A stretch of 32,858 nucleotides of DNA from a virus. Its lineage: Duplodnaviria; Heunggongvirae; Uroviricota; Caudoviricetes. The stretch is from IMG/VR virus record IMGVR_UViG_2802429238_000001, one strand, 5' to 3'. Under the pieces are notes generated by a model, which saw nothing but the letters and a program-made list of their open reading frames with translations, was not told the origin of the DNA and searched no databases. A program made the translations under genes and the position numbers. Within the stretch, counting starts at the first letter, position 1. Every line of letters begins with the position of its first letter. Positions 10,027 through 19,408 of the stretch are shown here, in pieces.

Positions 10027-10066
10027 GATGCCACCGATACTGAAGTTTGATATTGTGTCGGTGGCA
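10027..10066 (+). terminator. Hairpin after cargo gene 1 (no clear U-tract)
   Basis: ATGCCACCGA ... TCGGTGGCAT 10-bp inverted repeat just after the stop codon; followed by an AT-rich leader. Confidence 0.3.
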
Positions 10067-10218
10067 TTGAAAGATGATCTTAAAGCATGTCTATTTTTTG
10101 TTTTGCATGATTTTTTTTTGATGTGTTGTTTTGTTTGTAATTAGAGTGCTTGATGATTTAAATTTCTTTTAGATGTTGTGTGAAAATATTGTGATTTTCT
10201 ATATCAAGGATTTGTTTC

Positions 10219-10917
10219 ATGAAGTATTGTGGGATAGCTTTAATAATATGTCTTTGCTTGTTTATGTTCGCATTTGGTTTTGTGTTGGGCGGAGTTCAAT
10301 GGGCATGGAGCGAGAGTGAAAATAATAGCAAGGTCGCATTTTGGACAATGCTAGGAGGGTGGGTGTCAGGATTGGCTACTCTCGCGGCTGTGGGGGTTTC
10401 ATTATTTACAAGTTATTATGCGATGATGTTAGGCAAAGAGAAAGTTGACGTTGTTTTTGCGCCTATATATACGACCTCTACGGCAAAAAAAGCAGATAAG
10501 CTTTCATCGCAAGATTTGGCTAATATCAAAGTGACAAATTTACACGGTGTGAAGTGTACTATTGTTAATGTTTATATGAAGTTTAGTGATGTTAAGGAAC
10601 CATTAAAGATTAATAACCTTAAACAGGGCGGTAAGCCCATTCCTTATACGCTATGTAATATAAGCGATATGTGGGAGTTTGCATTTGGGATGGAGTCAAA
10701 CCCTAGATTGAGATTTCTATTGTCAGGGTTGAAATATGAAGGTCGACCATCCTTTAAAAAAGGGTATTTCATCATTGAGACAGCAATGAAACAATACAAG
10801 TTAAAGATGCGGAAAGACTTTCTCTCAATATTACAGAGTGAGTATCAAAGCATAGAGGAAGAATCTAAACGTAACTCAGTTAAATCAGGGTGGTCACGGT
10901 ATAAAAAACAGAATTAA
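10219..10917 (+). CDS. Predicted membrane protein (two N-terminal TM helices plus ~160-aa soluble domain), cargo gene 2
   Basis: 232 aa; AGGA RBS 8 nt upstream of ATG; hydrophobic segments GIALIICLCLFMFAFGFVLGGV and WTMLGGWVSGLATLAAVGVSLF; very AT-rich; no family recognised. Confidence 0.7.
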   Translation: MKYCGIALIICLCLFMFAFGFVLGGVQWAWSESENNSKVAFWTMLGGWVSGLATLAAVGVSLFTSYYAMMLGKEKVDVVFAPIYTTSTAKKADKLSSQDLANIKVTNLHGVKCTIVNVYMKFSDVKEPLKINNLKQGGKPIPYTLCNISDMWEFAFGMESNPRLRFLLSGLKYEGRPSFKKGYFIIETAMKQYKLKMRKDFLSILQSEYQSIEEESKRNSVKSGWSRYKKQN

Positions 10918-11059
10918 TTACCTAATCAGTTATCGTGCATACACAATATGCATGGATTTGCATGCGCAAGCAGCATTCACATTGGTTGTTTTAGTTCAGG
11001 ACTGGTGCTGTTTCGACGTGTTCATGCAACTGCATTAAAACAGCCCCACGAAGCGGGCG

Positions 11060-11078
11060 GGCGAGGCGGGGAAAGCAC
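11060..11078. other. cos site (19-nt cohesive end sequence of P2-type phages)
   Basis: GGCGAGGCGGGGAAAGCAC at 11060-11078 matches the P2 cohesive-end sequence as I recall it; located between the cargo region and Q as in P2. Confidence 0.8.
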
Positions 11079-11219
11079 TGCGCGCTGGCGGTGGTGCTGA
11101 TTTTATTTTTTCAGCGTCTGAGCGCGTCGTGAAGGCGTTTACTTGGCCTGCTGGGGCGTTGGTGTGTCTGCGGGATTTTTTGTGCGGTGATGAGCGTATG
11201 AGGGCGTGATGACGGGGTG

Positions 11220-11242
11220 TAAAAAAGCCGCCCGCAGGCGGC
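11220..11242 (-). terminator. Rho-independent terminator downstream of Q
   Basis: On the minus strand: GCCGCC-tgcg-GGCGGC stem-loop followed by TTTTTT, 5 nt after the Q stop. Confidence 0.75.
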
Positions 11243-11247
11243 GATGT

Positions 11248-12282
11248 TCAGCCGTTGTCAGTGTCCAGTGAGTAGTTTTTAAAGCGGATGACTTCCTGGC
11301 CGAGCCAGCCGTTTATCTCGCGAATCCTGTCCTGTAACGGGATAAGCTCATTGCGGACAAAGACCTTTGCTACTTTCTCAATATCTCCCAGTGACCCGAC
11401 GTTCTCCGGCTTGCCGCCCATCAACTGAAAGGGGATGCGGTGTGCGTCCAGCAGGTCAGCGGCGCTGGCTTTTTTGATATTAAAAAAATCGTCCTTCGTT
11501 GCCACTTCACTGAGTGGGATAATTTTAATGCCGTCAGCTTTCCCCTGCGGGGCATAGAGAAACAGGTTTTTAAAGTTGTTGCGGCCTTTCGACTTCACCA
11601 TGTTTTCGCGAAGCATTTCGATATCGTTGCGATCCTGCACGGCATCGGTGACGTACATGATGTATCCGGCATGTGCGCCGTTTTCGTAATACTTGCGGCG
11701 GAACAGCGTGGCCGACTCATTCAGCCAGGCAGAGTTAAGGGCGCTGAGATATTCCGGCAGGCCGTACAACTCCTGATTAATATCCGGCTCCAGCAGGTGA
11801 AACACGGAGCCGGGCGCGAAGGCTGTCGGCTCGTTGAAGGACGGCACCCACCAGTAAACATCCTCTTCCACACCACGGCGGGTATATTTTGCCGGTGAGG
11901 TTTCCAGTCTGATGACCTTACCGGTGGTGCTGTAACGCTTTTCCAGAAACGCATTACCGAACACCAGAAAATCCAGCACAAAGCGGCTGAAATCCTGCTG
12001 AGAAAGCCACGGATGCGGAATAAACGTTGAAGCCAGAATATTGCGTTTAACGTAAATCGGCGAGCTGTGATGCACGGCAGCACGCAGGCTTTTTGCCAGA
12101 CCGGTAAAGCTGACCGGCGGCTCATACCATCTGCCGTTACTGATGCACTCGACGTAATCCAGAATGTCACGGCGGTCGAGTACCGGCACCGGCTCGCCAA
12201 AGGTGAATGCCTCCATTTTCGGGGCGCTGGCGGTGATTGTTTTTGCCGCAGGTCGCGGTGTTTTCCCTTTTTTCTTGCTCAT
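11248..12282 (-). CDS. Q: Portal protein, P2 gpQ family
   Basis: 344 aa, same size as P2 Q; ATGA overlap with the P stop; synteny. Confidence 0.9.
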   Translation of the reverse strand: MSKKKGKTPRPAAKTITASAPKMEAFTFGEPVPVLDRRDILDYVECISNGRWYEPPVSFTGLAKSLRAAVHHSSPIYVKRNILASTFIPHPWLSQQDFSRFVLDFLVFGNAFLEKRYSTTGKVIRLETSPAKYTRRGVEEDVYWWVPSFNEPTAFAPGSVFHLLEPDINQELYGLPEYLSALNSAWLNESATLFRRKYYENGAHAGYIMYVTDAVQDRNDIEMLRENMVKSKGRNNFKNLFLYAPQGKADGIKIIPLSEVATKDDFFNIKKASAADLLDAHRIPFQLMGGKPENVGSLGDIEKVAKVFVRNELIPLQDRIREINGWLGQEVIRFKNYSLDTDNG

Positions 12283-14054
12283 CAGTAAAACTCCAGAATG
12301 GTGGATGTCAGCGGGGTGCTGATACCGGCGGTGAGTGGCTCATTTAACAGGGCGTGCATGGTCGCCCAGGCGAGGTCGGCGTGGCTGGCTTCCTCGCTGC
12401 GGCTGGCCTCATAGGTGGCGCTGCGTCCGCTGCTGGTCATGGTCTTGCGGATAGCCATAAACGAGCTGGTGATGTCGGTGGCGCTGACGTCATATTCCAG
12501 ACAGCCACGGCGGATAACGTCTTTTGCCTTGAGCACCATTGCGGTTTTCATTTCCGGCGTGTAGCGGATATCACGCGCGGCGGGATAGAACGAGCGCACG
12601 AGCTGGAACACGCCGACACCGAGGCCGGTGGCATCAATACCGATGTATTCGACGTTGTATTTTTCGGTGAGTTTGCGGATGGATTCCGCCTGAGTGGCAA
12701 AGTCCATGCCTTTCCACTGGTGACGCTCAAGTATTCTGAATTTGCCACCGGCCACCACCGGCGGTGCCAGTACCACACATCCGGCGCTGTCGCCACGGTG
12801 TGACGGGTCGTAACCAATCCATACCGGGCGGGAGCCGAACGGATTCGCGGCAAACGGCGCATAGTCTTCCCATTCTTCCAGCGTGTCGACCATGCAGCGT
12901 TGCAGCTCCTCGAACGGGAACACCGATGCCTTGTCGTCAACAAATTCACACATGAACAGGTTTTTAAAATCGTCGGCGCTGTTTTCGCGTTTGAGCTGCT
13001 CAATGTCGAACAGCGTGCAGCCGCCTTTCAGGGCGTCCTCAATGGTGACAATCTGCCGCCACTGGCCGTCCGCACAGAGAAGCCCACCGGCAAGGGCGTT
13101 ATGACTGACGTCGATTTCCACGCGTTCGGCGGCGCTGGCGCGTCCCCGGTTGAACAGTTCACCCGACCAGAACGGGTAGGCGTCGTGCGCCAGCGTGGAC
13201 GGGGTGGAGAAATAGGTCGAGCGCAGGTGACTCTGTGAGGCCATACCTGATGCCACCTTACGCAGTACCTGAAAATTCGGGATCCAGAAAATCTCGTCGA
13301 CGTACAGGTCGCCGTTATGGCTCTGTGCGGTGTTGGAGTTGGTGCCGAGAAAAATCAGTTTTGCGCCGTTATTGCCCAGGACAATCGGGTCACCGGTCAG
13401 GTCAACGTCAACCAGACGGGCAAAGGCGATGATGTATTCGCGGAACACATACGCCTGCGTTTTACTGGCCGACAGAAAAATCTGGTTATGACCGGTTTTC
13501 AGGGCGCGCAGCAGCGCCTCGCGGGAAAAATAAAACGTCGCGCCAATCTGGCGGGATTTCAGGATATCGCGGATGCGGTGCTCAAGCCCGGCGCGATACC
13601 AGTGCAACTGATAGTCGAAAGACTGCTCAAAGAAAATCTGCTCCAGCTTTTCGATGGCCTCGTCACTGAAAAAATTCTTTTTCGGTTTGCGCCGCCCGCC
13701 TTTGTTGCGGTTAGCGACGTTCGGATTAAGGTCTGCCTCGTTGCCGGTCTGGCTGTAGCGGTTGACCCGTGCCAGTCGTTCAATCTGGCGTCCCAGCAGG
13801 TCAATTTCCTTGAAGTCACCGCCGGTTTTCTGCGGTTTGATGATGAGCTGGGTCAGCCGCGCTTCCAGACTCATTTCGACACGGCTGATGGGGGCAACGC
13901 TGTCCCAGCCGTCGCGCTGTTTCCAGCTCTGCACCGTCGGGCGTTTCATCTGCAACATGGCGGCAATCTGCGGCACGGAAAACCCCTGCCAGTACAGCAG
14001 CGCCGCCTGACGACGCGGGTCGTGTAAAAGAGTGGTGTCTGTGGTGATGGTCAT
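12282..14054 (-). CDS. P: Terminase large subunit (ATPase), P2 gpP family
   Basis: 590 aa from ATG 14054 (MTITTDTTLL..); track ORF starts 10 codons upstream; size matches P2 P. Confidence 0.9.
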   Translation of the reverse strand: MTITTDTTLLHDPRRQAALLYWQGFSVPQIAAMLQMKRPTVQSWKQRDGWDSVAPISRVEMSLEARLTQLIIKPQKTGGDFKEIDLLGRQIERLARVNRYSQTGNEADLNPNVANRNKGGRRKPKKNFFSDEAIEKLEQIFFEQSFDYQLHWYRAGLEHRIRDILKSRQIGATFYFSREALLRALKTGHNQIFLSASKTQAYVFREYIIAFARLVDVDLTGDPIVLGNNGAKLIFLGTNSNTAQSHNGDLYVDEIFWIPNFQVLRKVASGMASQSHLRSTYFSTPSTLAHDAYPFWSGELFNRGRASAAERVEIDVSHNALAGGLLCADGQWRQIVTIEDALKGGCTLFDIEQLKRENSADDFKNLFMCEFVDDKASVFPFEELQRCMVDTLEEWEDYAPFAANPFGSRPVWIGYDPSHRGDSAGCVVLAPPVVAGGKFRILERHQWKGMDFATQAESIRKLTEKYNVEYIGIDATGLGVGVFQLVRSFYPAARDIRYTPEMKTAMVLKAKDVIRRGCLEYDVSATDITSSFMAIRKTMTSSGRSATYEASRSEEASHADLAWATMHALLNEPLTAGISTPLTSTILEFY

Positions 14055-14227
14055 GAATACCTCGCCGTGATGAATACACGGCAAGGCTACTGAGTCGCGT
14101 CCCGCGATTCGCTAAGGTGCTGTTGTGTCAGTGATAAGCCATCCGGGACTGATGGCGGAGGATGCGCATCGTCGGGAAACTGATGCCGACATGTGACTCC
14201 TCTAATCACTATTCAGGACTCCTGACA
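14055..14227. promoter_or_regulatory. Divergent late promoter region (PP leftward, PO rightward), expected Ogr-dependent
   Basis: Intergenic region between divergent P and O; contains GTGCTGTTG (14117-14125) and CCGGGAC (14143-14149), both also found upstream of FI. Confidence 0.5.
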
Positions 14228-15082
14228 ATGGCAAAAAAAGTCTCAAAATTCTTTCGTATCGGCGTTGAGGGTGACACCTGTGACGGGCGTGTCATCAGTG
14301 CGCAGGATATTCAGGAAATGGCCGAAACCTTTGACCCGCGAGTCTATGGTTGCCGCATTAACCTGGAACATCTGCGCGGCATCCTGCCTGACGGTATTTT
14401 TAAGCGTTATGGCGATGTGGTCGAACTGAAGGCCGAAAAGATTGACGATGATTCGGTGCTGAAAGGCAAATGGGCGCTGTTTGCGAAAATCACCCCGACC
14501 GATGACCTTATCGCGATGAACAAGGCCGCGCAGAAGGTCTATACCTCAATGGAAATTCAGCCGAACTTTGCCAACACCGGCAAATGTTATCTGGTGGGGC
14601 TGGCCGTCACCGATGACCCGGCAAGCCTCGGCACGGAATACCTGGAATTCTGCCGCACGGCAAAACACAACCCCCTGAACCGCTTCAAATTAAGCCCTGA
14701 AAACCTGATTTCAGTGGCAACGCCCGTTGAGCTGGAATTTGAAGACCTGCCTGAAACCGTGTTCACCGCCCTGACCGAAAAGGTGAAATCCATTTTTGGC
14801 CGCAAACAGGCCAGCGATGACGCCCGTCTGAATGACGTGCATGAAGCAGTGACCGCTGTTGCTGAACATGTGCAGGAAAAACTGAGCGCCACTGAGCAGC
14901 GCCTCGCTGAGATGGAAACTGCCTTTTCCGCTCTTAAGCAGGAGGTGACTGACAGGGCGGATGAAACCAGTCAGGCATTCACCCGCCTGAAAAACAGTCT
15001 CGACCACACCGAAAGTCTGACCCAGCAGCGCCGCAGCAAGGCCACCGGTGGTGGCGGTGACGCCCTGATGACGAACTGCTGA
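14228..15082 (+). CDS. O: Capsid scaffolding protein, P2 gpO family
   Basis: 284 aa from ATG 14228 (MAKKVSKFFRIGVEGD..); track ORF starts upstream at 14162; size and sequence match P2 O. Confidence 0.9.
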   Translation: MAKKVSKFFRIGVEGDTCDGRVISAQDIQEMAETFDPRVYGCRINLEHLRGILPDGIFKRYGDVVELKAEKIDDDSVLKGKWALFAKITPTDDLIAMNKAAQKVYTSMEIQPNFANTGKCYLVGLAVTDDPASLGTEYLEFCRTAKHNPLNRFKLSPENLISVATPVELEFEDLPETVFTALTEKVKSIFGRKQASDDARLNDVHEAVTAVAEHVQEKLSATEQRLAEMETAFSALKQEVTDRADETSQAFTRLKNSLDHTESLTQQRRSKATGGGGDALMTNC

Positions 15083-15140
15083 CCGGCGTCAGTCAGTCCG
15101 GGAAAACCTTCACGATTAACCCTTAATTTCAGGAAAAACT

Positions 15141-16214
15141 ATGCGCCAGGAAACCCGCTTTAAATTTAATGCCTACCTGTCCCGTGTTGCCGAACTGAAC
15201 GGCATCGACGCCGGTGATGTGTCGAAAAAATTCACCGTTGAACCGTCGGTCACCCAGACCCTGATGAACACCATGCAGGAGTCTTCTGACTTTCTGACCC
15301 GCATCAACATTGTGCCGGTCAGCGAAATGAAAGGGGAAAAAATTGGTATCGGTGTCACCGGCTCCATCGCCAGCACCACCGACACCGCCGGTGGCACCGA
15401 GCGTCAGCCGAAGGACTTCTCTAAGCTGGCGTCTAACAAGTACGAATGCGACCAGATTAACTTCGATTTTTATATCCGCTACAAAACGCTTGACCTGTGG
15501 GCGCGTTATCAGGATTTCCAGCTCCGTATCCGTAACGCCATTATCAAACGCCAGGCTCTTGATTTAATCATGGCCGGTTTTAACGGTGTGAAGCGTGCCG
15601 AAACCTCTGACCGCAGCAGCAATCCGATGCTGCAGGATGTGGCGGTCGGCTGGCTGCAGAAATACCGCAATGAAGCCCCGGCGCGCGTGATGAGCAAGGT
15701 CACTGACGAGGAAGGCCGCACCACCTCTGAGGTTATCCGCGTGGGCAAGGGCGGTGATTATGCCAGCCTTGATGCACTGGTGATGGATGCGACCAACAAC
15801 CTGATTGAACCGTGGTATCAGGAAGACCCTGACCTTGTGGTGATTGTGGGGCGTCAGCTGCTGGCGGACAAGTATTTCCCCATCGTCAACAAGGAGCAGG
15901 ACAACAGCGAGATGCTGGCCGCTGACGTCATCATCAGCCAGAAACGCATCGGTAACCTGCCGGCGGTACGCGTCCCGTACTTCCCGGCGGATGCGATGCT
16001 CATCACGAAGCTGGAAAACCTGTCCATCTACTACATGGATGACAGCCATCGCCGCGTGATTGTGGAAAACCCGAAACTCGACCGCGTGGAGAACTACGAG
16101 TCAATGAACATTGATTACGTGGTGGAAGACTACGCCGCCGGTTGTCTGGTGGAAAAAATTAAGGTCGGTGATTTCTCCACACCGGCTAAGGCGACCGCAG
16201 AGCCGGGAGCGTAA
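15141..16214 (+). CDS. N: Major capsid protein, P2 gpN family
   Basis: 357 aa, same size as P2 N; AGGAAAA RBS; synteny. Confidence 0.9.
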   Translation: MRQETRFKFNAYLSRVAELNGIDAGDVSKKFTVEPSVTQTLMNTMQESSDFLTRINIVPVSEMKGEKIGIGVTGSIASTTDTAGGTERQPKDFSKLASNKYECDQINFDFYIRYKTLDLWARYQDFQLRIRNAIIKRQALDLIMAGFNGVKRAETSDRSSNPMLQDVAVGWLQKYRNEAPARVMSKVTDEEGRTTSEVIRVGKGGDYASLDALVMDATNNLIEPWYQEDPDLVVIVGRQLLADKYFPIVNKEQDNSEMLAADVIISQKRIGNLPAVRVPYFPADAMLITKLENLSIYYMDDSHRRVIVENPKLDRVENYESMNIDYVVEDYAAGCLVEKIKVGDFSTPAKATAEPGA

Positions 16215-16217
16215 CCG

Positions 16218-16961
16218 ATGACGAGTCCCGCACAGCGCCACATGATGCGGGTCTCGGCAGCGATGACCGCGCAGCGGGAAGCCGCCCCGCTGCGACATGC
16301 AACTGTCTATGAGCAGATGCTGGTCAAGCTGGCCGCAGACCAGCGCACACTGAAAGCGATTTATTCAAAAGAGCTGAAGGCCGCGAAAAAGCGCGAACTG
16401 CTGCCGTTCTGGTTGCCGTGGGTGAACGGCGTGCTGGAGCAGGGCAAAGGTGCACAGGATGACATTCTGATGACGGTCATGCTGTGGCGTCTGGATACCG
16501 GCGATATTGCCGGTGCGCTGGAGATTGCCCGTTATGCCCTGAAGTACGGTCTGACCATGCCGGGTAAACACCGCCGTACCCCGCCGTACATGTTCACCGA
16601 GGAGGTCGCGCTCGCGGCCATGCGCGCCCACGCTGCCGGTGAGTCTGTGGATCCCCGCCTGCTGACGGACACCCTTGAACTGACCGCCACGGCTGACATG
16701 CCTGATGAAGTGCGCGCAAAGCTGCACAAAATCACCGGTCTGTTTCTGCGTGATGGTGGTGATGCCGCCGGTGCGCTGGCTCACCTGCAACGTGCGACAC
16801 AGCTCGACTGTCAGGCAGGCGTCAAAAAAGAGATTGAACGACTGGAGCGGGAGCTGAAACCGAAGCCGGAGCCGCAGCCCAAAGCGGCCACCCGTACCCC
16901 GCGTAAGACCCGGAGCGTGACACCGGCAAAACGTGGACGCCCGAAAAAGAAAGCCAGTTAA
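16218..16961 (+). CDS. M: Terminase small subunit, P2 gpM family
   Basis: 247 aa, same size as P2 M; basic C-terminal tail; synteny. Confidence 0.88.
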   Translation: MTSPAQRHMMRVSAAMTAQREAAPLRHATVYEQMLVKLAADQRTLKAIYSKELKAAKKRELLPFWLPWVNGVLEQGKGAQDDILMTVMLWRLDTGDIAGALEIARYALKYGLTMPGKHRRTPPYMFTEEVALAAMRAHAAGESVDPRLLTDTLELTATADMPDEVRAKLHKITGLFLRDGGDAAGALAHLQRATQLDCQAGVKKEIERLERELKPKPEPQPKAATRTPRKTRSVTPAKRGRPKKKAS

Positions 16962-17060
16962 CAACCGAATGCGCCCCGCGCCAGGGCGGCACGCCGGTCA
17001 GTGAGGGTGAATCACCTGACACTGCACCGGCGTCCACCGCCCGACTTTTCAGAGGTAGTC

Positions 17061-17570
17061 ATGATGACGCTGATTATTCCGCGAAAGGAGGCTCCCGTGT
17101 CCGGTGAGGGTACGGTGGTCATCCCGCAACCGGCAGGCGACGAGCCGGTGATTAAAAACACGTTCTTTTTTCCCGATATCGACCCGAAGCGCGTCCGGGA
17201 ACGTATGCGCCTTGAGCAGACCGTCGCCCCCGCCCGTCTGCGTGAGGCCATCAAGTCAGGCATGGCGGAGACGAATGCGGAGCTGTACGAGTACCGCGAA
17301 CAGAAAATTGCCGCCGGTTTTACGTGTCTGGCGGACGTTCCGGCGGACGACATCGACGGTGAAAGCATCAAGGTTTTTTACTACGAGCGCGCCGTGTGTG
17401 CGATGGCGACCGCGTCGCTTTATGAGCGTTATCGCGGCGTGGATGCCAGTGCGAAAGGCGACAAGAAGGCCGACAGCATTGACAGCACCATTGATGAGCT
17501 GTGGCGGGATATGCGCTGGGCAGTGGCGCGAATCCAGGACAAGCCGCGCTGCATTGTGAGTCAAATCTGA
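17061..17570 (+). CDS. L: Capsid completion protein, P2 gpL family
   Basis: 169 aa from ATG 17061 (MMTLIIPRK..); track ORF starts upstream at 17001. Confidence 0.85.
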   Translation: MMTLIIPRKEAPVSGEGTVVIPQPAGDEPVIKNTFFFPDIDPKRVRERMRLEQTVAPARLREAIKSGMAETNAELYEYREQKIAAGFTCLADVPADDIDGESIKVFYYERAVCAMATASLYERYRGVDASAKGDKKADSIDSTIDELWRDMRWAVARIQDKPRCIVSQI

Positions 17571-17773
17571 TGAAGACCTTTGCACTACAGGGCGACACGC
17601 TCGACGCCATCTGTGTCCGGTATTACGGGCGCACTGAGGGCGTGGTCGAGGCCGTGCTCGCCGCAAATCCGGGACTGGCTGAACTGGGTGCGGTGTTGCC
17701 GCACGGCACTGCCGTCGAACTGCCCGACGTTCAGACCGCGCCCGTGGCTGAAACTGTCAATCTGTGGGAGTAA
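17570..17773 (+). CDS. X: Tail protein X (LysM-like), P2 gpX family
   Basis: 67 aa from ATG 17570 (TGATG overlap with the L stop); MKTFALQGDTLDAICVRYYG.. Confidence 0.85.
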   Translation: MKTFALQGDTLDAICVRYYGRTEGVVEAVLAANPGLAELGAVLPHGTAVELPDVQTAPVAETVNLWE

Positions 17774-17776
17774 CGC

Positions 17777-18058
17777 ATGACAGCAGAAGAAAAAAGCGTC
17801 CTGTCGCTTTTCATGATTGGGGTGCTGATTGTTGTCGGCAAGGTGCTTGCCGGTGGTGAACCCATCACCCCGCGTCTGTTTATCGGGCGCATGTTGCTCG
17901 GTGGTTTTGTCTCGATGGTTGCCGGTGTTGTTCTGGTGCAGTTTCCTGACCTGTCACTGCCTGCGGTGTGCGGCATCGGCTCCATGCTGGGTATCGCCGG
18001 CTATCAGGTGATTGAGATTGCCATTCAGCGCCGTTTTAAGGGCAGGGGGAAACCGTAA
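17777..18058 (+). CDS. Y: Holin, P2 gpY family
   Basis: 93 aa with hydrophobic segments; first gene of the lysis cassette; same size as P2 Y. Confidence 0.85.
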   Translation: MTAEEKSVLSLFMIGVLIVVGKVLAGGEPITPRLFIGRMLLGGFVSMVAGVVLVQFPDLSLPAVCGIGSMLGIAGYQVIEIAIQRRFKGRGKP

Positions 18059-18555
18059 TGCCGGTAATTAACACGCATCAGAATATCGCCGCCTTTCTCG
18101 ACATGCTGGCCGTGTCCGAAGGGACGGCGAACCATCCGCTGACGAAAAACCGGGGCTATGACGTGATAGTCACCGGACTGGACGGAAAGCCGGAAATTTT
18201 CACCGACTACAGTGATCACCCGTTCGCACATGGCCGACCGGCGAAAGTGTTTAACCGTCGCGGTGAAAAATCCACGGCATCCGGTCGCTATCAGCAGCTT
18301 TACCTGTTCTGGCCGCACTACCGCAAACAGCTTGCCCTGCCGGATTTCAGTCCGTTGTCACAGGACAGACTCGCCATTCAGTTGATCCGCGAACGCGGTG
18401 CACTGGATGACATCCGGGCGGGACGCATTGAGCGCGCCATTTCACGCTGTCGCAATATCTGGGCGTCCCTGCCGGGTGCCGGTTACGGTCAGCGTGAGCA
18501 TTCACTGGAAAAACTGGTCACCGTCTGGCGTACCGCTGGCGGCGTACCGGCTTAA
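18058..18555 (+). CDS. K: Endolysin, P2 gpK family
   Basis: 165 aa; TAATG overlap with the Y stop; same size as P2 K. Confidence 0.88.
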   Translation: MPVINTHQNIAAFLDMLAVSEGTANHPLTKNRGYDVIVTGLDGKPEIFTDYSDHPFAHGRPAKVFNRRGEKSTASGRYQQLYLFWPHYRKQLALPDFSPLSQDRLAIQLIRERGALDDIRAGRIERAISRCRNIWASLPGAGYGQREHSLEKLVTVWRTAGGVPA

Positions 18556-18569
18556 ACGGAGTAAACACC

Positions 18570-18995
18570 ATGAAGAAATTATCCCTTTCACTGATGCTGA
18601 ACGTGTCGCTGGCGCTGATGCTGGCACTGTCCCTGATTTACCCGCAGAGCGTGGCCGTCAATTTTGTCGCCGCCTGGGCGATTCTGGCGACGGTTATCTG
18701 TGTGGTTGCCGGTGGTGTCGGCGTGTATGCCACAGAGTATGTACTGGAACGCTACGGGCGGGAGCTGCCGCCGGAATCGCTGGCCGTGAAGATTGTCACG
18801 TCGCTGTTTTTGCAACCGGTGCCGTGGCGCAGACGGGCGGCGGCTCTGGTGGTGATGGTGGCGACGTTTGTCTCGCTGATTGCTGCCGGGTGGATTTTTA
18901 CCGCGCTGATTTATCTCATGGCGTCGCTGTTTTTCCGGCTGATACGCACGGCCTGCCGTCAACGTCTTGAGGGGCGGGAATCATGTCAAAGCTGA
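18570..18995 (+). CDS. lysA: Lysis timing protein LysA (membrane protein)
   Basis: 141 aa, multiple hydrophobic segments; GGAG RBS; position after K. Confidence 0.8.
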   Translation: MKKLSLSLMLNVSLALMLALSLIYPQSVAVNFVAAWAILATVICVVAGGVGVYATEYVLERYGRELPPESLAVKIVTSLFLQPVPWRRRAAALVVMVATFVSLIAAGWIFTALIYLMASLFFRLIRTACRQRLEGRESCQS

Positions 18996-19408
18996 TGACT
19001 GTGCTGGTTGTGTTGTTATCGCTGGCGGTGGCGGGGCTATTTCTGGTGAAGCATGAAAACGCCAGCCTGCGCGTCTCGCTGGACAGGGTGAACAACGTCG
19101 CCAGTGAACAGCAGACGACCATCACCATGCTGAAAAATCAGCTTCATGTTGCCCTTACCAGGGCAGACAAAAACGAGCTGGCGCAGGTGGCTCTGCGTCA
19201 GGAACTGGAGAACGCCGCGAAGCGTGAAGCACAGCGCGAGAAAACCATCACGAGATTACTCAATGAAAACGAAGATTTTCGCCGCTGGTACGGCGCTGGC
19301 CTGCCTGATGCTGTGCGCCGGTTGCACCAGCGCCCGGCCTGCACCGACGCCAGTGATTGTCGCCAACGCCTGCCCGAAAGTGAGCCTTTGCCCGATGCCG
19401 GGCAGTGA
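18983..19408 (+). CDS. lysB: LysB, Rz-like spanin component
   Basis: 141 aa with N-terminal TM segment (LMTVLVVLLSLAVAGLFLV); overlaps the lysA end. Confidence 0.8.
   Translation: MSKLMTVLVVLLSLAVAGLFLVKHENASLRVSLDRVNNVASEQQTTITMLKNQLHVALTRADKNELAQVALRQELENAAKREAQREKTITRLLNENEDFRRWYGAGLPDAVRRLHQRPACTDASDCRQRLPESEPLPDAGQ

Noticed and set aside
9062-10917. P2 tin and old genes expected at this position
   Set aside because: Neither is present: no large ATPase/nuclease ORF of Old size and nothing resembling Tin; the position holds different cargo.
13317-14027. 236-aa ORF on the + strand
   Set aside because: Lies entirely antisense within the terminase large subunit gene P, which is clearly the real gene; long antisense ORFs are expected by chance in GC-rich coding sequence.
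14055-14227. Canonical TGT-N12-ACA Ogr-binding dyad
   Set aside because: I looked for it by eye in the P/O and FI upstream regions and did not find an exact match, so no specific Ogr site is called.
16365-16964. 199-aa ORF on the minus strand
   Set aside because: Antisense to the terminase small subunit gene M; no start context; treated as spurious.
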